A stretch of 64,000 nt of DNA from an uncultured Acidobacteriota bacterium (lineage in GTDB: Bacteria > Acidobacteriota > Vicinamibacteria > Marinacidobacterales > SMYC01): positions 400,034 through 464,033 of the forward strand of contig CAWGBY010000009.1 in assembly GCA_963820855.1 (NCBI GenBank), in the 5' to 3' direction. Below the pieces are notes generated by a model. That model had not been told where the DNA came from. It saw nothing but the letters and a program-made list of their open reading frames with translations, and ran no database searches. The translations under genes and the position numbers were made by a program. Shown here one piece after another: positions 1 through 11,067 of the stretch (position 1 is the stretch's first letter; each line of letters opens with the position of its first letter).

Positions 1-384
1 CTGATGCTCTCGGAGAACGACGTGCCCCTCCGCTATTGCCTGGGGAAGCTCTACTATCGCCTCTTCATGCTGGACGAGGCGCTCCGCCAGTTTCAGATGT
101 GCGAAGACCGGGTGAGCGGTCTTCCTTCGCTCCACCTCTACATCGCGCGGATTCTCGAGAACCAGGGAAAAATCGGCGCGGCCCTCGCGAAAACCAAGAT
201 GCTGGTGGCCGAAGTCGAAGGTCTGATGATGGACTACGTGTGCTCGGCCTGCGAGTTTCGTTCGTCCGAATGGAACGAGCGCTGCGCGCGTTGCCGACGG
301 TGGGACACCGTCGGTCTCCACCTTCCGGTGGTCGCCGCCCCCGAGCCGACAATCCAGCCCGCTCCCACCTGGTCCATTCCTTGA
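1..384 (+). CDS. C-terminal part of a TPR protein with rubredoxin-like Zn ribbon (LapB/YciM-like), truncated by window start
   Basis: Helical TPR-like segments followed by YVCSACEF..WNERCARCRRWDT, matching the CxxC-x10-CxxCxxW ribbon of the LapB family. Confidence 0.65.
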   Translation: MMLSENDVPLRYCLGKLYYRLFMLDEALRQFQMCEDRVSGLPSLHLYIARILENQGKIGAALAKTKMLVAEVEGLMMDYVCSACEFRSSEWNERCARCRRWDTVGLHLPVVAAPEPTIQPAPTWSIP

Positions 385-1124
385 GGGCCTCGCCGTCCTC
401 GGCGGTTCGGGCGGCGCTCCAGGGTCTTTCCGCGCTCCTCTTCCCTTCGAATTGTCTTCTGTGTCGCGGCTCTCTCGCTCTTCCACTCGACGGCCCGCTC
501 TGCGGCGAGTGTCTCGACCGCATGCCGAGGATCGAGGAGCCGTTCTGCCCGCGCTGCGGCCTTCCGTATCCGTTCGGCGTCGAGCCCGGTCTCTGCGGTC
601 CGTGTCGGAGCGGACCCCGATATTTCCGCCGCGCGCGGGCTGAGTCGCCCTACCTCGACGACGTGCGTCTCTCGCTGCACGCGCTGAAGTTCGGCGGGCG
701 ACGCCGGATCGGCTCGGTCCTCGGCCAGCGCGCCGGCCGCTCCTGGGTCGCGCGCGGGGATCTCGGCGGGGCTTCCGCGGTGGTTCCCGTCCCGCTGTCG
801 CCGCGACGGCTGCGGGAGCGCGGATTCAACCAGGCGGAGCTGATCGCCCGCGCGGTCGCCCGCGAGGCGGGTCTGCCGCTTCGAAGCCGAATCCTGAGAA
901 AGACGCGGGAGCGTCCCCCCCAGGCGGGGTTGTCCGCCGCGGCGCGCCGGAAGAACGCGCGGTCCGCCTATCGCGCGCGGCTCCCTCGTTCGCTTCGCGG
1001 CAAGACGCTCCTCCTCGTCGACGACGTGCTCACTACCGGCGCCACCGCCGAATCGGCGGCGCGCGCTCTCCTTGCCGCGGGGGCGGGAGCGGTCGACGTT
1101 CTCACTCTCGCGCGGGTTCCGTGA
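381..1124 (+). CDS. comF: ComF family protein (double zinc ribbon + phosphoribosyltransferase fold)
   Basis: LFPSNCLLC, CGEC, CPRC, CGPC ribbons; VPVPL, RGFNQAELIA, LLVDDVLTTGAT. Likely TTG start at 381 overlapping the upstream TGA. Confidence 0.9.
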   Translation: MRASPSSAVRAALQGLSALLFPSNCLLCRGSLALPLDGPLCGECLDRMPRIEEPFCPRCGLPYPFGVEPGLCGPCRSGPRYFRRARAESPYLDDVRLSLHALKFGGRRRIGSVLGQRAGRSWVARGDLGGASAVVPVPLSPRRLRERGFNQAELIARAVAREAGLPLRSRILRKTRERPPQAGLSAAARRKNARSAYRARLPRSLRGKTLLLVDDVLTTGATAESAARALLAAGAGAVDVLTLARVP

Positions 1125-1134
1125 GTCGTCTAGA

Positions 1135-1974
1135 ATGAACGGTCCGGCTGAAGGGGGGTGTGGATTGAGATGGATCTGGATCCTGGCCGCGGTTGCTGTC
1201 ACCTGCGTCTTTAGCGTCGGGACGGGGCGAACCTGGAACGACCTCGGCCACCGGCTCTACGTGGAGAAGGCCATCGACGCGCTCCCGAAACCGCTCAAGG
1301 GTTTCTACGAAAAGCACAAAGTCGTTCTCGCCGAGGCGGTCAGCGATCCCAGCCGCTTCGGCCGTTCGATCTTCGAGGTCGATCGCCTCGAGCCCTTTCC
1401 CTTCGCCGATCTCCCGACCGATCGCGAGCTCGCGGTACGCAAGTACGGCGAAGAAACGTTGAAGGAAGCGGGCGACGTTCCCTGGCGGCTCATCGAATCC
1501 TACCGGGCGCTGGTCGAGGACTTCCGCAAGAGCGACTTCAAGACCGCGGTCACGCACTCCGAAGAGATCGCATTTCTCGTCGGCGAGCTTTACGTTCCGT
1601 TGAACGTCTCGAAGGACGGCGACGGGGAGCCCACCGGCCAGCAGGGTCTGCGCGAGCGATTCGATTCGCGCCTGATGGAGGCTTTCGGCGACAAGCTGAA
1701 AGTCCCGACCATCGCCGCGGTCTACCTGGACCGGCCCGCGGAGTACGCCATTTCCATTCCGCTGAAGAGCTTCATCTTCGTCGACAACGTGCTCTACTTC
1801 GACTACCTCTCCCGCCGCGGCGTCGAAAGCTACGACCGGTTCTACTACGAAGGGATGTGGCTTCGCGCGCAGCCGGTCACCGAGCAGCTTCTCGCCGGCG
1901 CGGCGCAGGACTCGGCGAGCTTCTGGTACACCGCCTGGGTCGAGGCGAGAAAGCCCGAGCTCCCGAAGAGCTAG
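1135..1974 (+). CDS. Secreted S1/P1 nuclease / Zn-phospholipase C fold protein with degenerate metal sites
   Basis: Signal-like hydrophobic stretch, then WNDLGHR..A..LP, GDVPW, VPL, GEPTGQQGL..RFDS, FWYTAW pattern of the family. Confidence 0.7.
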   Translation: MNGPAEGGCGLRWIWILAAVAVTCVFSVGTGRTWNDLGHRLYVEKAIDALPKPLKGFYEKHKVVLAEAVSDPSRFGRSIFEVDRLEPFPFADLPTDRELAVRKYGEETLKEAGDVPWRLIESYRALVEDFRKSDFKTAVTHSEEIAFLVGELYVPLNVSKDGDGEPTGQQGLRERFDSRLMEAFGDKLKVPTIAAVYLDRPAEYAISIPLKSFIFVDNVLYFDYLSRRGVESYDRFYYEGMWLRAQPVTEQLLAGAAQDSASFWYTAWVEARKPELPKS

Positions 1975-2016
1975 CGGAGCACCCTCTAAAAGCCAGCGTG
2001 GTAGACTCGAAGCATA

Positions 2017-2655
2017 TTGCAGCAGGCGGAAGAAAAACGACCACCCGCATTCAGGGATCTCGGCGATCGCGAGCTCATCGAGCTCTGTCTCGCCAAAGGT
2101 CCGCGCACCGAGCTGGCGTGGGAGGAGATCGTGCGGCGCTATCGCCGGAAGGTGTTTGGCATCGCCTACAAGTTCACCGGAAGGTACGAGGAGTCGCAGG
2201 ATCTCTCGCAGGAGATATTCCTCCGGATCTTCCGTTCACTCGACAAGTTCGACCGCACGGCGGATTTCGGGACCTGGCTGTACTCGGTCAGCCGCAACCA
2301 CTGCATCGACCACTATCGGAGCGGTCGGCGGGAGCGGGAGATGGTGGTCCAGCACGAGGTGCCGCTCGAGGAGCTCGCGTCGGGTCGTTTCGATCCTCAT
2401 CGGCGCATCGAAGTGCGGGACAAACGCGAGATGCTTCTCGGGGCGCTCGCGAGTCTTCCGAAAAAGCTCCGGGAAGCGGTGGTGCTCCGGGACATCAAGG
2501 GGTTGAGCTACCAGGAGATCGTGGAGACCTTGAGACTACCGGAGGGAACGGTGAAGAGCCGCATCAATCGCGGCCGGCTCGAGCTCGGCCGCGCCTTGAT
2601 GATGGGGAAGAACGTGCCCGCTGCGGGCGCGCAGTCGCAGGGTAGGGTGCAATGA
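2017..2655 (+). CDS. ECF RNA polymerase sigma factor
   Basis: Region 2 DLSQEIFLRIF..FGTWLYSVSRNHCID; region 4 LSYQEIVETLRLPEGTVKSRINRGR. Confidence 0.93.
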   Translation: MQQAEEKRPPAFRDLGDRELIELCLAKGPRTELAWEEIVRRYRRKVFGIAYKFTGRYEESQDLSQEIFLRIFRSLDKFDRTADFGTWLYSVSRNHCIDHYRSGRREREMVVQHEVPLEELASGRFDPHRRIEVRDKREMLLGALASLPKKLREAVVLRDIKGLSYQEIVETLRLPEGTVKSRINRGRLELGRALMMGKNVPAAGAQSQGRVQ

Positions 2656-2999
2656 ACCTAGATATCGAAACTCGCGGCGACGTCAAGCTCGTTCGAGTGA
2701 AAGAGGAGCGGCTGGTCTACTCGATGCTCGGCTCCTTCTTCGCGGAGATCTCGAAGGTCATCGACGGGGGAGCGAAGAAAATCGTCCTCGACTTGTCCGC
2801 CGTCGCCTACATCGACAGCGCCTCGGTCGGGTGTCTCATGGACATCTATCGATCGATGGCGGAGAAGTCGGGGGTGATCCGACTTCTCGGGCTCCAGGAG
2901 CGCGTGGAGACCATGGTGAGCATGACCGGCCTTCACAACTTCATGGAGATCTATCGGGACGAAGGCGCCGCCGTCGAAAGTCTCGACGGAGATCCGTGA
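2652..2999 (+). CDS. STAS-domain anti-anti-sigma factor
   Basis: IVLDLSAVAYIDSASVG motif with phospho-acceptor Ser; 115 aa; ATGA overlap with the sigma gene. Confidence 0.88.
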   Translation: MNLDIETRGDVKLVRVKEERLVYSMLGSFFAEISKVIDGGAKKIVLDLSAVAYIDSASVGCLMDIYRSMAEKSGVIRLLGLQERVETMVSMTGLHNFMEIYRDEGAAVESLDGDP

Positions 3000-3011
3000 A
3001 GCCATGAAGCC

Positions 3012-3287
3012 ATGAAAAAAGTAAAGATGCTGACCGGGCACGAAGTCCCCCTGGACGGAGATCTGCTCTACGTTCTGGAATCGCTCTACCGCGAGGTGTC
3101 GCTGAAGCGCGAGCTCAAGGCCACCTTCGACGACATGATGAACGAGATCGTCCATATCGTCGAATCCATGGATGAAGACGCGCGAAAGCAGTACCTCATC
3201 GAGAGCCTATTCCTCAATACCGTGACCTACGAGAACGAGAGACTCGGGGCGTACATGAAGAAGCTCACTGGCCGGGCTGACTTCTGA
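3012..3287 (+). CDS. Small acidic helical hypothetical protein
   Basis: 91-aa ORF with natural composition, tightly spaced in the operon. Confidence 0.7.
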   Translation: MKKVKMLTGHEVPLDGDLLYVLESLYREVSLKRELKATFDDMMNEIVHIVESMDEDARKQYLIESLFLNTVTYENERLGAYMKKLTGRADF

Positions 3288-3315
3288 CGAGAGCGGGAAA
3301 CTGGAGTAGCGGGAA

Positions 3316-3712
3316 ATGAGAGCAAGCGCGCTCGCCGTCGCCTTCTGGGTCCTCTCCTCCTTCGCGCCTCTCGCCGCTCAGGTCTCGAAGGGCCCGCGGG
3401 TGGAAATCGAGCCCGCCGAGCACGACTTCGGTTCGGTTGGCCAGGATCAGAAGCTGGTGTTCGATTTCCTGGTGAAGAACACGGGGACGGAAGACCTGAT
3501 GCTCTCTCCGTATCGCGACGTCCTGCGGATGCACCGCCGCTCTTCCCGCCGAACGCCTCGTCCCGCCCGGAGGCAGCACCACGCTCTCGGTCACGCTCGA
3601 GACGAGGAAATACAAGGGCGCGGTCCAGAGGAGCATCTCCGTCGCATCGAACGACCGCAGACGGATCGCCACGGTTCGCGTGAACGCGTTCGTGGAAGTC
3701 CCGGAGCCCTGA
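3316..3712 (+). CDS. Secreted DUF1573-like (Ig-fold) protein, one apparent indel near 3505
   Basis: Signal peptide, HDFGSV..FLVKNTGTEDL, then in the shifted frame RIATSCGCTAA..VPPGGS..ISVASND to TGA 3710-3712. Confidence 0.8.
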
Positions 3713-3718
3713 CCGGGA

Positions 3719-4621
3719 TCAGCGGACGCTGCGAGCGAATTCCGGCGCGGCCATCTCGGCCGTGACCGCCGTTTCCAACGGCTCGGCGACGTACTCCGGT
3801 GTCGACTCCAGAATGGCCTTTACCAGCCGGGTGTGAAGGGCATGGCCCGCTCGGAGAGCGACGACGTGGGCGCGGAGGGGTCTCCCGAGGAGAACCAGAT
3901 CGCCGAGGAGATCGAGGATCTTGTGCCGCACGAACTCGTCCGGAAACCGGAGCGGGTTGTTCAGGACGCCGGTCTCTCCGAGCACGACGGCGTTGTCGAG
4001 TGAGCCTCCGAGAGCGAGTCCCGACTGCCGCATCAGCTCGACGTCTTTGAGAAAGCCGAAGGTTCGGGCGGGACCAATGTCTTCGACGAAGGAGCTCTCG
4101 TCCATCTCGACCGAATACTCCTGGTGCTTGAGGAGCGGATGGTCGAAGTTGATGGTGTACGAGAGGCGGAGCCGATCGCAGGGATAGGCCGCGACGAACC
4201 GTCCGTCATCGCCAACCGACACGGGCTTCGACAGCTCCAGATACGATCGCGACGCCGAGAGCGTGCGGATACCGGCTTCGTGAATCAGGTAGATGAAGGG
4301 AGCGGCGCTCCCGTCCATAATCGGAACTTCCGGGCCGTCGAGCTCCACCACCACGTTGTCGACGCCGAGAGCGTTCAGCGCCGCGAGCAAGTGCTCGATG
4401 GTCTCGATGCGCACTCCATCTTTCGCGAGGCAGGTGGCGTGGTTGATGTGCGAAAGATACTCGGCGGTCGCCGGAATCTCGATACCGGAAGCATCCATCC
4501 GTCGGAAAACGATTCCCCGATCCGCGCCGGCGGGCTTCAGCGAAAGCTTCACTTTGCGTCCGGAGTGGAGTCCGACTCCGTCGCAAGTCGCCTCTTCCTT
4601 GAGCGTCCTTTGTTTCTGCAT
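3719..4621 (-). CDS. lpxC: UDP-3-O-acyl-N-acetylglucosamine deacetylase
   Basis: QRTL..GVGLHSG, TIEHLLAAL, EVPIMDGSA, ARTFGF, GGSLDNAVV, EFVRHKILDLLGDL, AGH. Confidence 0.98.
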   Translation of the reverse strand: MQKQRTLKEEATCDGVGLHSGRKVKLSLKPAGADRGIVFRRMDASGIEIPATAEYLSHINHATCLAKDGVRIETIEHLLAALNALGVDNVVVELDGPEVPIMDGSAAPFIYLIHEAGIRTLSASRSYLELSKPVSVGDDGRFVAAYPCDRLRLSYTINFDHPLLKHQEYSVEMDESSFVEDIGPARTFGFLKDVELMRQSGLALGGSLDNAVVLGETGVLNNPLRFPDEFVRHKILDLLGDLVLLGRPLRAHVVALRAGHALHTRLVKAILESTPEYVAEPLETAVTAEMAAPEFARSVR

Positions 4622-4680
4622 TCTTCCTACGTTCTATGCGGCAAGCTCTGGGCGAGTGATGAACTATTGCCTACGTCTAA

Positions 4681-4695
4681 GCAATCTACATACCA
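4681..4695 (-). promoter_or_regulatory. Sigma-54 (-24/-12) promoter for lpxC
   Basis: Minus strand reads TGGTATG-TAGA-TTGC(T), exact GG-N10-GC spacing of the TGGCACG-N4-TTGC consensus, about 60 bp upstream of the lpxC ATG. Confidence 0.7.
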
Positions 4696-4777
4696 AAGGC
4701 ACGCAAAGCGTTATTTACACTCAAGTCTATCATTTTAAGATGTTTAGAGGCAAGTCCGGCAGCCATCATAGGAGAGC

Positions 4778-4803
4778 AAAGTGTGTCTGGAAAGACACAC
4801 TTT
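4778..4803. promoter_or_regulatory. Perfect 11-bp inverted repeat, candidate enhancer-binding-protein site
   Basis: AAAGTGTGTCT-GGAA-AGACACACTTT, about 85-110 bp upstream of the sigma-54 motif, with an AT-rich tract in between. Confidence 0.55.
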
Positions 4804-4907
4804 CCAGCCCGTGTTGTGTCTTTTGCGCCACTTTCGCCGCCGATCACCGAAGGACGATGGCGAGGCACTTTCTGATACGATAGCCGAATTCCGGGTATGA
4901 GCGAAGA

Positions 4908-5480
4908 GTGAGCGACGGAGAGTCTGCTTCCACCGATTCCACCGGGGAGCGGAGCGAACGCGTCGATCTCGGCGGCTACCTTCAGAAGGGTGTCCAGATC
5001 CTTCAACTCGATCTCAAGGTCGTCGACTCCGTCGCGCGGGATGAGGACGCTCTCCTTCCCGCGCTGTTGTTTTTCGCCGTCGCCGGTCTCGCGAACGGAG
5101 CGGGTCAGTTCAGTTTTCGCGGGATGATTTTCGGGCCCGTCGTGGCGACGCTGGTGTCGTTCGTCTTCGTGGGACTGCTGAGCGTTCTCTCGCGGGTTTT
5201 CGGCGGCACGGGCGAGTTCCTCGATATCTATCGCCCCCTCGGCGTCGCGTCGCCGATCTTCTGGGTGCAGGCGGTTCCGCTTCTCGGGCCGTTCCTTGTC
5301 TCGCTCGCCCTCGTCTACTACGCGGTCGTCGCGGTCCTCGTCGTCGAGCGAACGGGCGGTCTGCCGCGGGGCAAGTCGATCGCGATCGTCGCCCTTCTCG
5401 CGGGCATCAGTCTCTTTCTCGTGCTCGTGTTCCTTGCCCTGGTGGGCTCGATGTTCCTGTTTCGGTCGATTTTTTCCTGA
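4908..5480 (+). CDS. Yip1-like integral membrane protein
   Basis: About five hydrophobic helices, VFGGTGEF motif typical of bacterial YIP1 proteins. Confidence 0.65.
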   Translation: MSDGESASTDSTGERSERVDLGGYLQKGVQILQLDLKVVDSVARDEDALLPALLFFAVAGLANGAGQFSFRGMIFGPVVATLVSFVFVGLLSVLSRVFGGTGEFLDIYRPLGVASPIFWVQAVPLLGPFLVSLALVYYAVVAVLVVERTGGLPRGKSIAIVALLAGISLFLVLVFLALVGSMFLFRSIFS

Positions 5481-5573
5481 TCCAGGGCTTCCGGCCAAGC
5501 GTGCCGGCAACCGCATCGGCGGAAGGCCGCTTGACATCCTGACACGATCGGAAATAGGGTCTCCCGCATAGGA

Positions 5574-5609
5574 GCCCGCCTTCGCCGAAGGCTTCGGCAA
5601 GGCAAGCCC
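5574..5609. repeat. REP-like short palindrome
   Basis: CCCGCCTTCGCCGAAGGCTTCGGCAAGGCAAGCC containing a GCCGAAG-G-CTTCGGC hairpin; intergenic, just downstream of a TTGACA at 5531-5536. Confidence 0.45.
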
Positions 5610-5716
5610 GCGTCTCAGAAATGTTTCGGCGGGTTGGCCCGCCTCTCGAAGGCATCGGCGGGGCTCCGGGCCCCTTCTTTCCTGCCTATGTCCAGGTGTT
5701 TGTCCGGGAGGGCATC

Positions 5717-6088
5717 ATGACGCGAAAGACTTCGTTCCTGCTGCTTCTGGTATCAATGAGCTCGTCCATGGCCGCATTGGCCCAGACCTATCCGACGATC
5801 GCGTACAAAGACGCGGGAGGCTACGTCGATTCCATCGTCTGGGTCGAAGGCACCGTGCTCAAGACCGAAGGCACACCCGAGGGGGTCTACCTGGTGTTCA
5901 GCGCCAACGAGAAGTTCGTTCGGGTTCTCATTCCGAAGGCCAACGTCGATGCGTTCGGCGGAGGCATCCAGCACAAGTACACCGGAAAGAAGATCAAAGC
6001 CGTGGGAAAAGTCTCGAAGTACGGCCCAAAGCTCATCATCGGCGTGAACGAGCCCAAGCGGATCCAGATCGTCGAAGCGGGAACGTGA
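5717..6088 (+). CDS. Secreted small OB-fold-like protein
   Basis: GGGAGG RBS before ATG 5717, signal peptide ending ALA-Q, VWVEGTV..GKKIKAVGKV beta-barrel pattern. Confidence 0.7.
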   Translation: MTRKTSFLLLLVSMSSSMAALAQTYPTIAYKDAGGYVDSIVWVEGTVLKTEGTPEGVYLVFSANEKFVRVLIPKANVDAFGGGIQHKYTGKKIKAVGKVSKYGPKLIIGVNEPKRIQIVEAGT

Positions 6089-6177
6089 GGGGAAGAACGC
6101 GAAGGCGCGAAGATCCGCAAGGTCGCCAAGAAAGAGAGCGATAAGCGTTCAATCTCGGTGCCTTTGCGATCGGCGAC

Positions 6178-6361
6178 GGTGACGGCGGTTGAGTGGCGTG
6201 GCCAGCCTTGGGTGTATCGCTCTCGCTGAATGACCGAGATGGTGGTCATGCGAGCGCTGCCGTTTCCGAGAACGGCTCGAAGGTGACGGCGGTTGAGTGG
6301 CGTGGCCAGCCTTGAGCTAAGCTCTGCCGTTGGTCACACGGGCCACGTCCACTCCAACCGC
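6178..6361. repeat. Two identical 33-bp direct repeats plus an imperfect inverted copy (REP/REPIN-like)
   Basis: GGTGACGGCGGTTGAGTGGCGTGGCCAGCCTTG at 6178-6210 and 6282-6314; GGCCACGTCCACTCCAACCGC at 6341-6361 is its imperfect reverse complement. Confidence 0.85.
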
Positions 6362-6432
6362 AGTGCTCACTCCCCTTGCCATTAGGCGCGAGATTTCTCT
6401 AGTTTAGTGACTTCAGGAGGCAAGCGAGCCCA

Positions 6433-8963
<2,531 letters not shown>

Positions 8964-8967
<4 letters not shown>

Positions 8968-10880
8968 GCACCTCTTACACCGCCAAAGACATCACCGTCC
9001 TCCAGGGACTGGAGCCGGTGAGAAAGCGCCCCGGGATGTACATCGGCGGCGTTTCCGCGCAAGGCCTCCACCACCTCGTCTGGGAAATCCTCGACAACAG
9101 CGTCGACGAGGCGATGAACGGGTACGCCACCTCCATCCTGGTAACGCTCCACGACGACCATTCGTCCCTCACCGTAAGCGATGATGGCCGCGGAATCCCC
9201 GTCGACAAGCATCCCAAGGTGAAGAAGTCGGCGCTCGAAGTCATCCTCACGACGCTCCACGCGGGAGGAAAGTTCGATGGTCAGAACTACAAGACCGCGG
9301 GAGGTCTTCACGGGGTCGGCGCGTCGGTGGTGAACGCGCTCTCGTCCCATCTGGTCGCGACGGTGAAGCGCGACGGATACGTCTACCAGATGGAGTTCAA
9401 GCAGGGGCGGGCAGTCACGAAGCTCAAGACCGTCGGCCGGGGGCGGGGCTCGGGGACGACCATCACCTTCCACCCCGATCCGAAAATCTTCCCCAAGACC
9501 AAGTTTCAGCCCGAGATCATTCGGGAGAGGCTCGAGACCACGAGCTACCTGCACCAGGGGCTGCGCATCTCTTTTCACGACGAAGCGACGGACGAGAAAG
9601 TCGTTTTTCAGCAGAACGAGGGACTGACCGCCTACCTGAAGAAGATCCTCGAGGAACGCAAAGCGAAGCCGGCTCACGAGCTGCCCTTCGTCCTCAAGCG
9701 CGAGGGCGACGCCAGGGACTCGACGCGTATCGAGATCGTGATGCAGTGGACGGAGTCGACGGACGAGCTCGTGAAGAGTTACGTGAACGGCATCCCCACC
9801 GGTTCCGGTGGATCGCACGAGAACGGCTTCCGCTCGGGGCTCGGAAAGGCCCTTCGGAACTATGTCGACGCGCACAAGCTCACTCCCAAGGGGGTGACGC
9901 TCTCGACCGAGGACCTCCGCGAGGGTCTGACCGCGGTCCTGAGCGTCTTCATCACCGATCCGCAGTTTCAAGGGCAGACCAAGGATCGGCTCAACAACCC
10001 CGAGCTGCAACAGACTCTCGACGCCGCGGTTCGACCCGCGCTCGAGCTCTGGCTCAATCAGAACCGCTCGACCGGCGACGCCATCGTGGCGAGGGTCATC
10101 CTGGCCTCTCGGGCGCGGGAGGCCTCGCGCGCGGCCTCGGAAGCGATCGTGCGGAAAACGGCGACCAAGGGACGCATGATGCTGCCCGGGAAGCTCTCCG
10201 ACTGCGCCAGTTCGCGCTCGAGCGAGACGGAGCTCTTCATCGTCGAAGGAGACTCCGCCGGCGGATCGGCCAAGCAGGGCCGGGACCGCGAGCGCCAGGC
10301 GGTCCTGCCGCTCCGGGGAAAGGTCCTCAATACCGAGCAGGCGTCGCTCGCGAAGGTTCTCGAGAACAAGGAGCTGGTCGATCTCGTCCAGGCGCTCGGC
10401 TGCGGCCTCGGGAAGAGCTTCGAGCTCGACCGGCTGCGGTATCAGCGGGTCATCCTTCTCGCCGACGCCGACGCCGACGGGCATCACATCACGACGCTCC
10501 TCCTCACCTTCATCTACCGCCACATGCCCGAGCTCATCCGCGCGGGCCGGGTGTTCATCGCGCAGCCGCCGCTCTATCGCATCGATGTCGGCAAGGAAAC
10601 GTACTGGGCGGCGGACGATCTCCACAAGGATCGCTTGCTGCAGAAGCACGCGAAGAACGGCAGAGCGGACATCACGCGCTTCAAGGGACTCGGGGAGATG
10701 ATGCCCAAGGTTCTCTGGGACACGACGCTCAATCCGAAGACGCGACGCCTGCAGAGAGTGGTCATCGAAAACGCGCTGAAGACGGACCGGGTCATCTCCG
10801 ACCTGATGGGAAAGGATCCGGAGCCGCGGTTCAACCTGATCAAGGAGCGCGCCCCGGAAGTGGTCGAGCTGGATATTTGA
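8964..10880 (+). CDS. parE: Type IIA DNA topoisomerase subunit B (topo IV/ParE-like)
   Basis: [75 protein letters not shown]. Confidence 0.85.
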
Positions 10881-10881
10881 C

Positions 10882-10917
10882 CGGCAGGGTGCTGAACAAC
10901 TCATCTGCACCCTGCCG
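10882..10917 (+). terminator. Stem-loop after topoisomerase B gene
   Basis: CGGCAGGGTGC / GCACCCTGCCG 11-bp stem, 14-nt loop; no U-tail, so it may instead be the end of a repeat element. Confidence 0.45.
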
Positions 10918-11067
10918 AGCGGCGCCCATTTGGATCGGCCGCGAGAACGGCGCCCGCCGTCCGCAGCGAGCCGGCGAGCGGAGGACAGGGCGCGAACGAG
11001 GAGTGAGCGCCCGCTGATGGAAGCGCCGAACAATTTGCGGCCGTGGGGGTGGGGCCCCGCGGCATTG

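Noticed and set aside
6178-6314. 33-bp direct repeats as a mini CRISPR array
   Set aside because: Only two copies, a 71-bp spacer, an inverted third copy and no cas genes; fits a REP-like element better.
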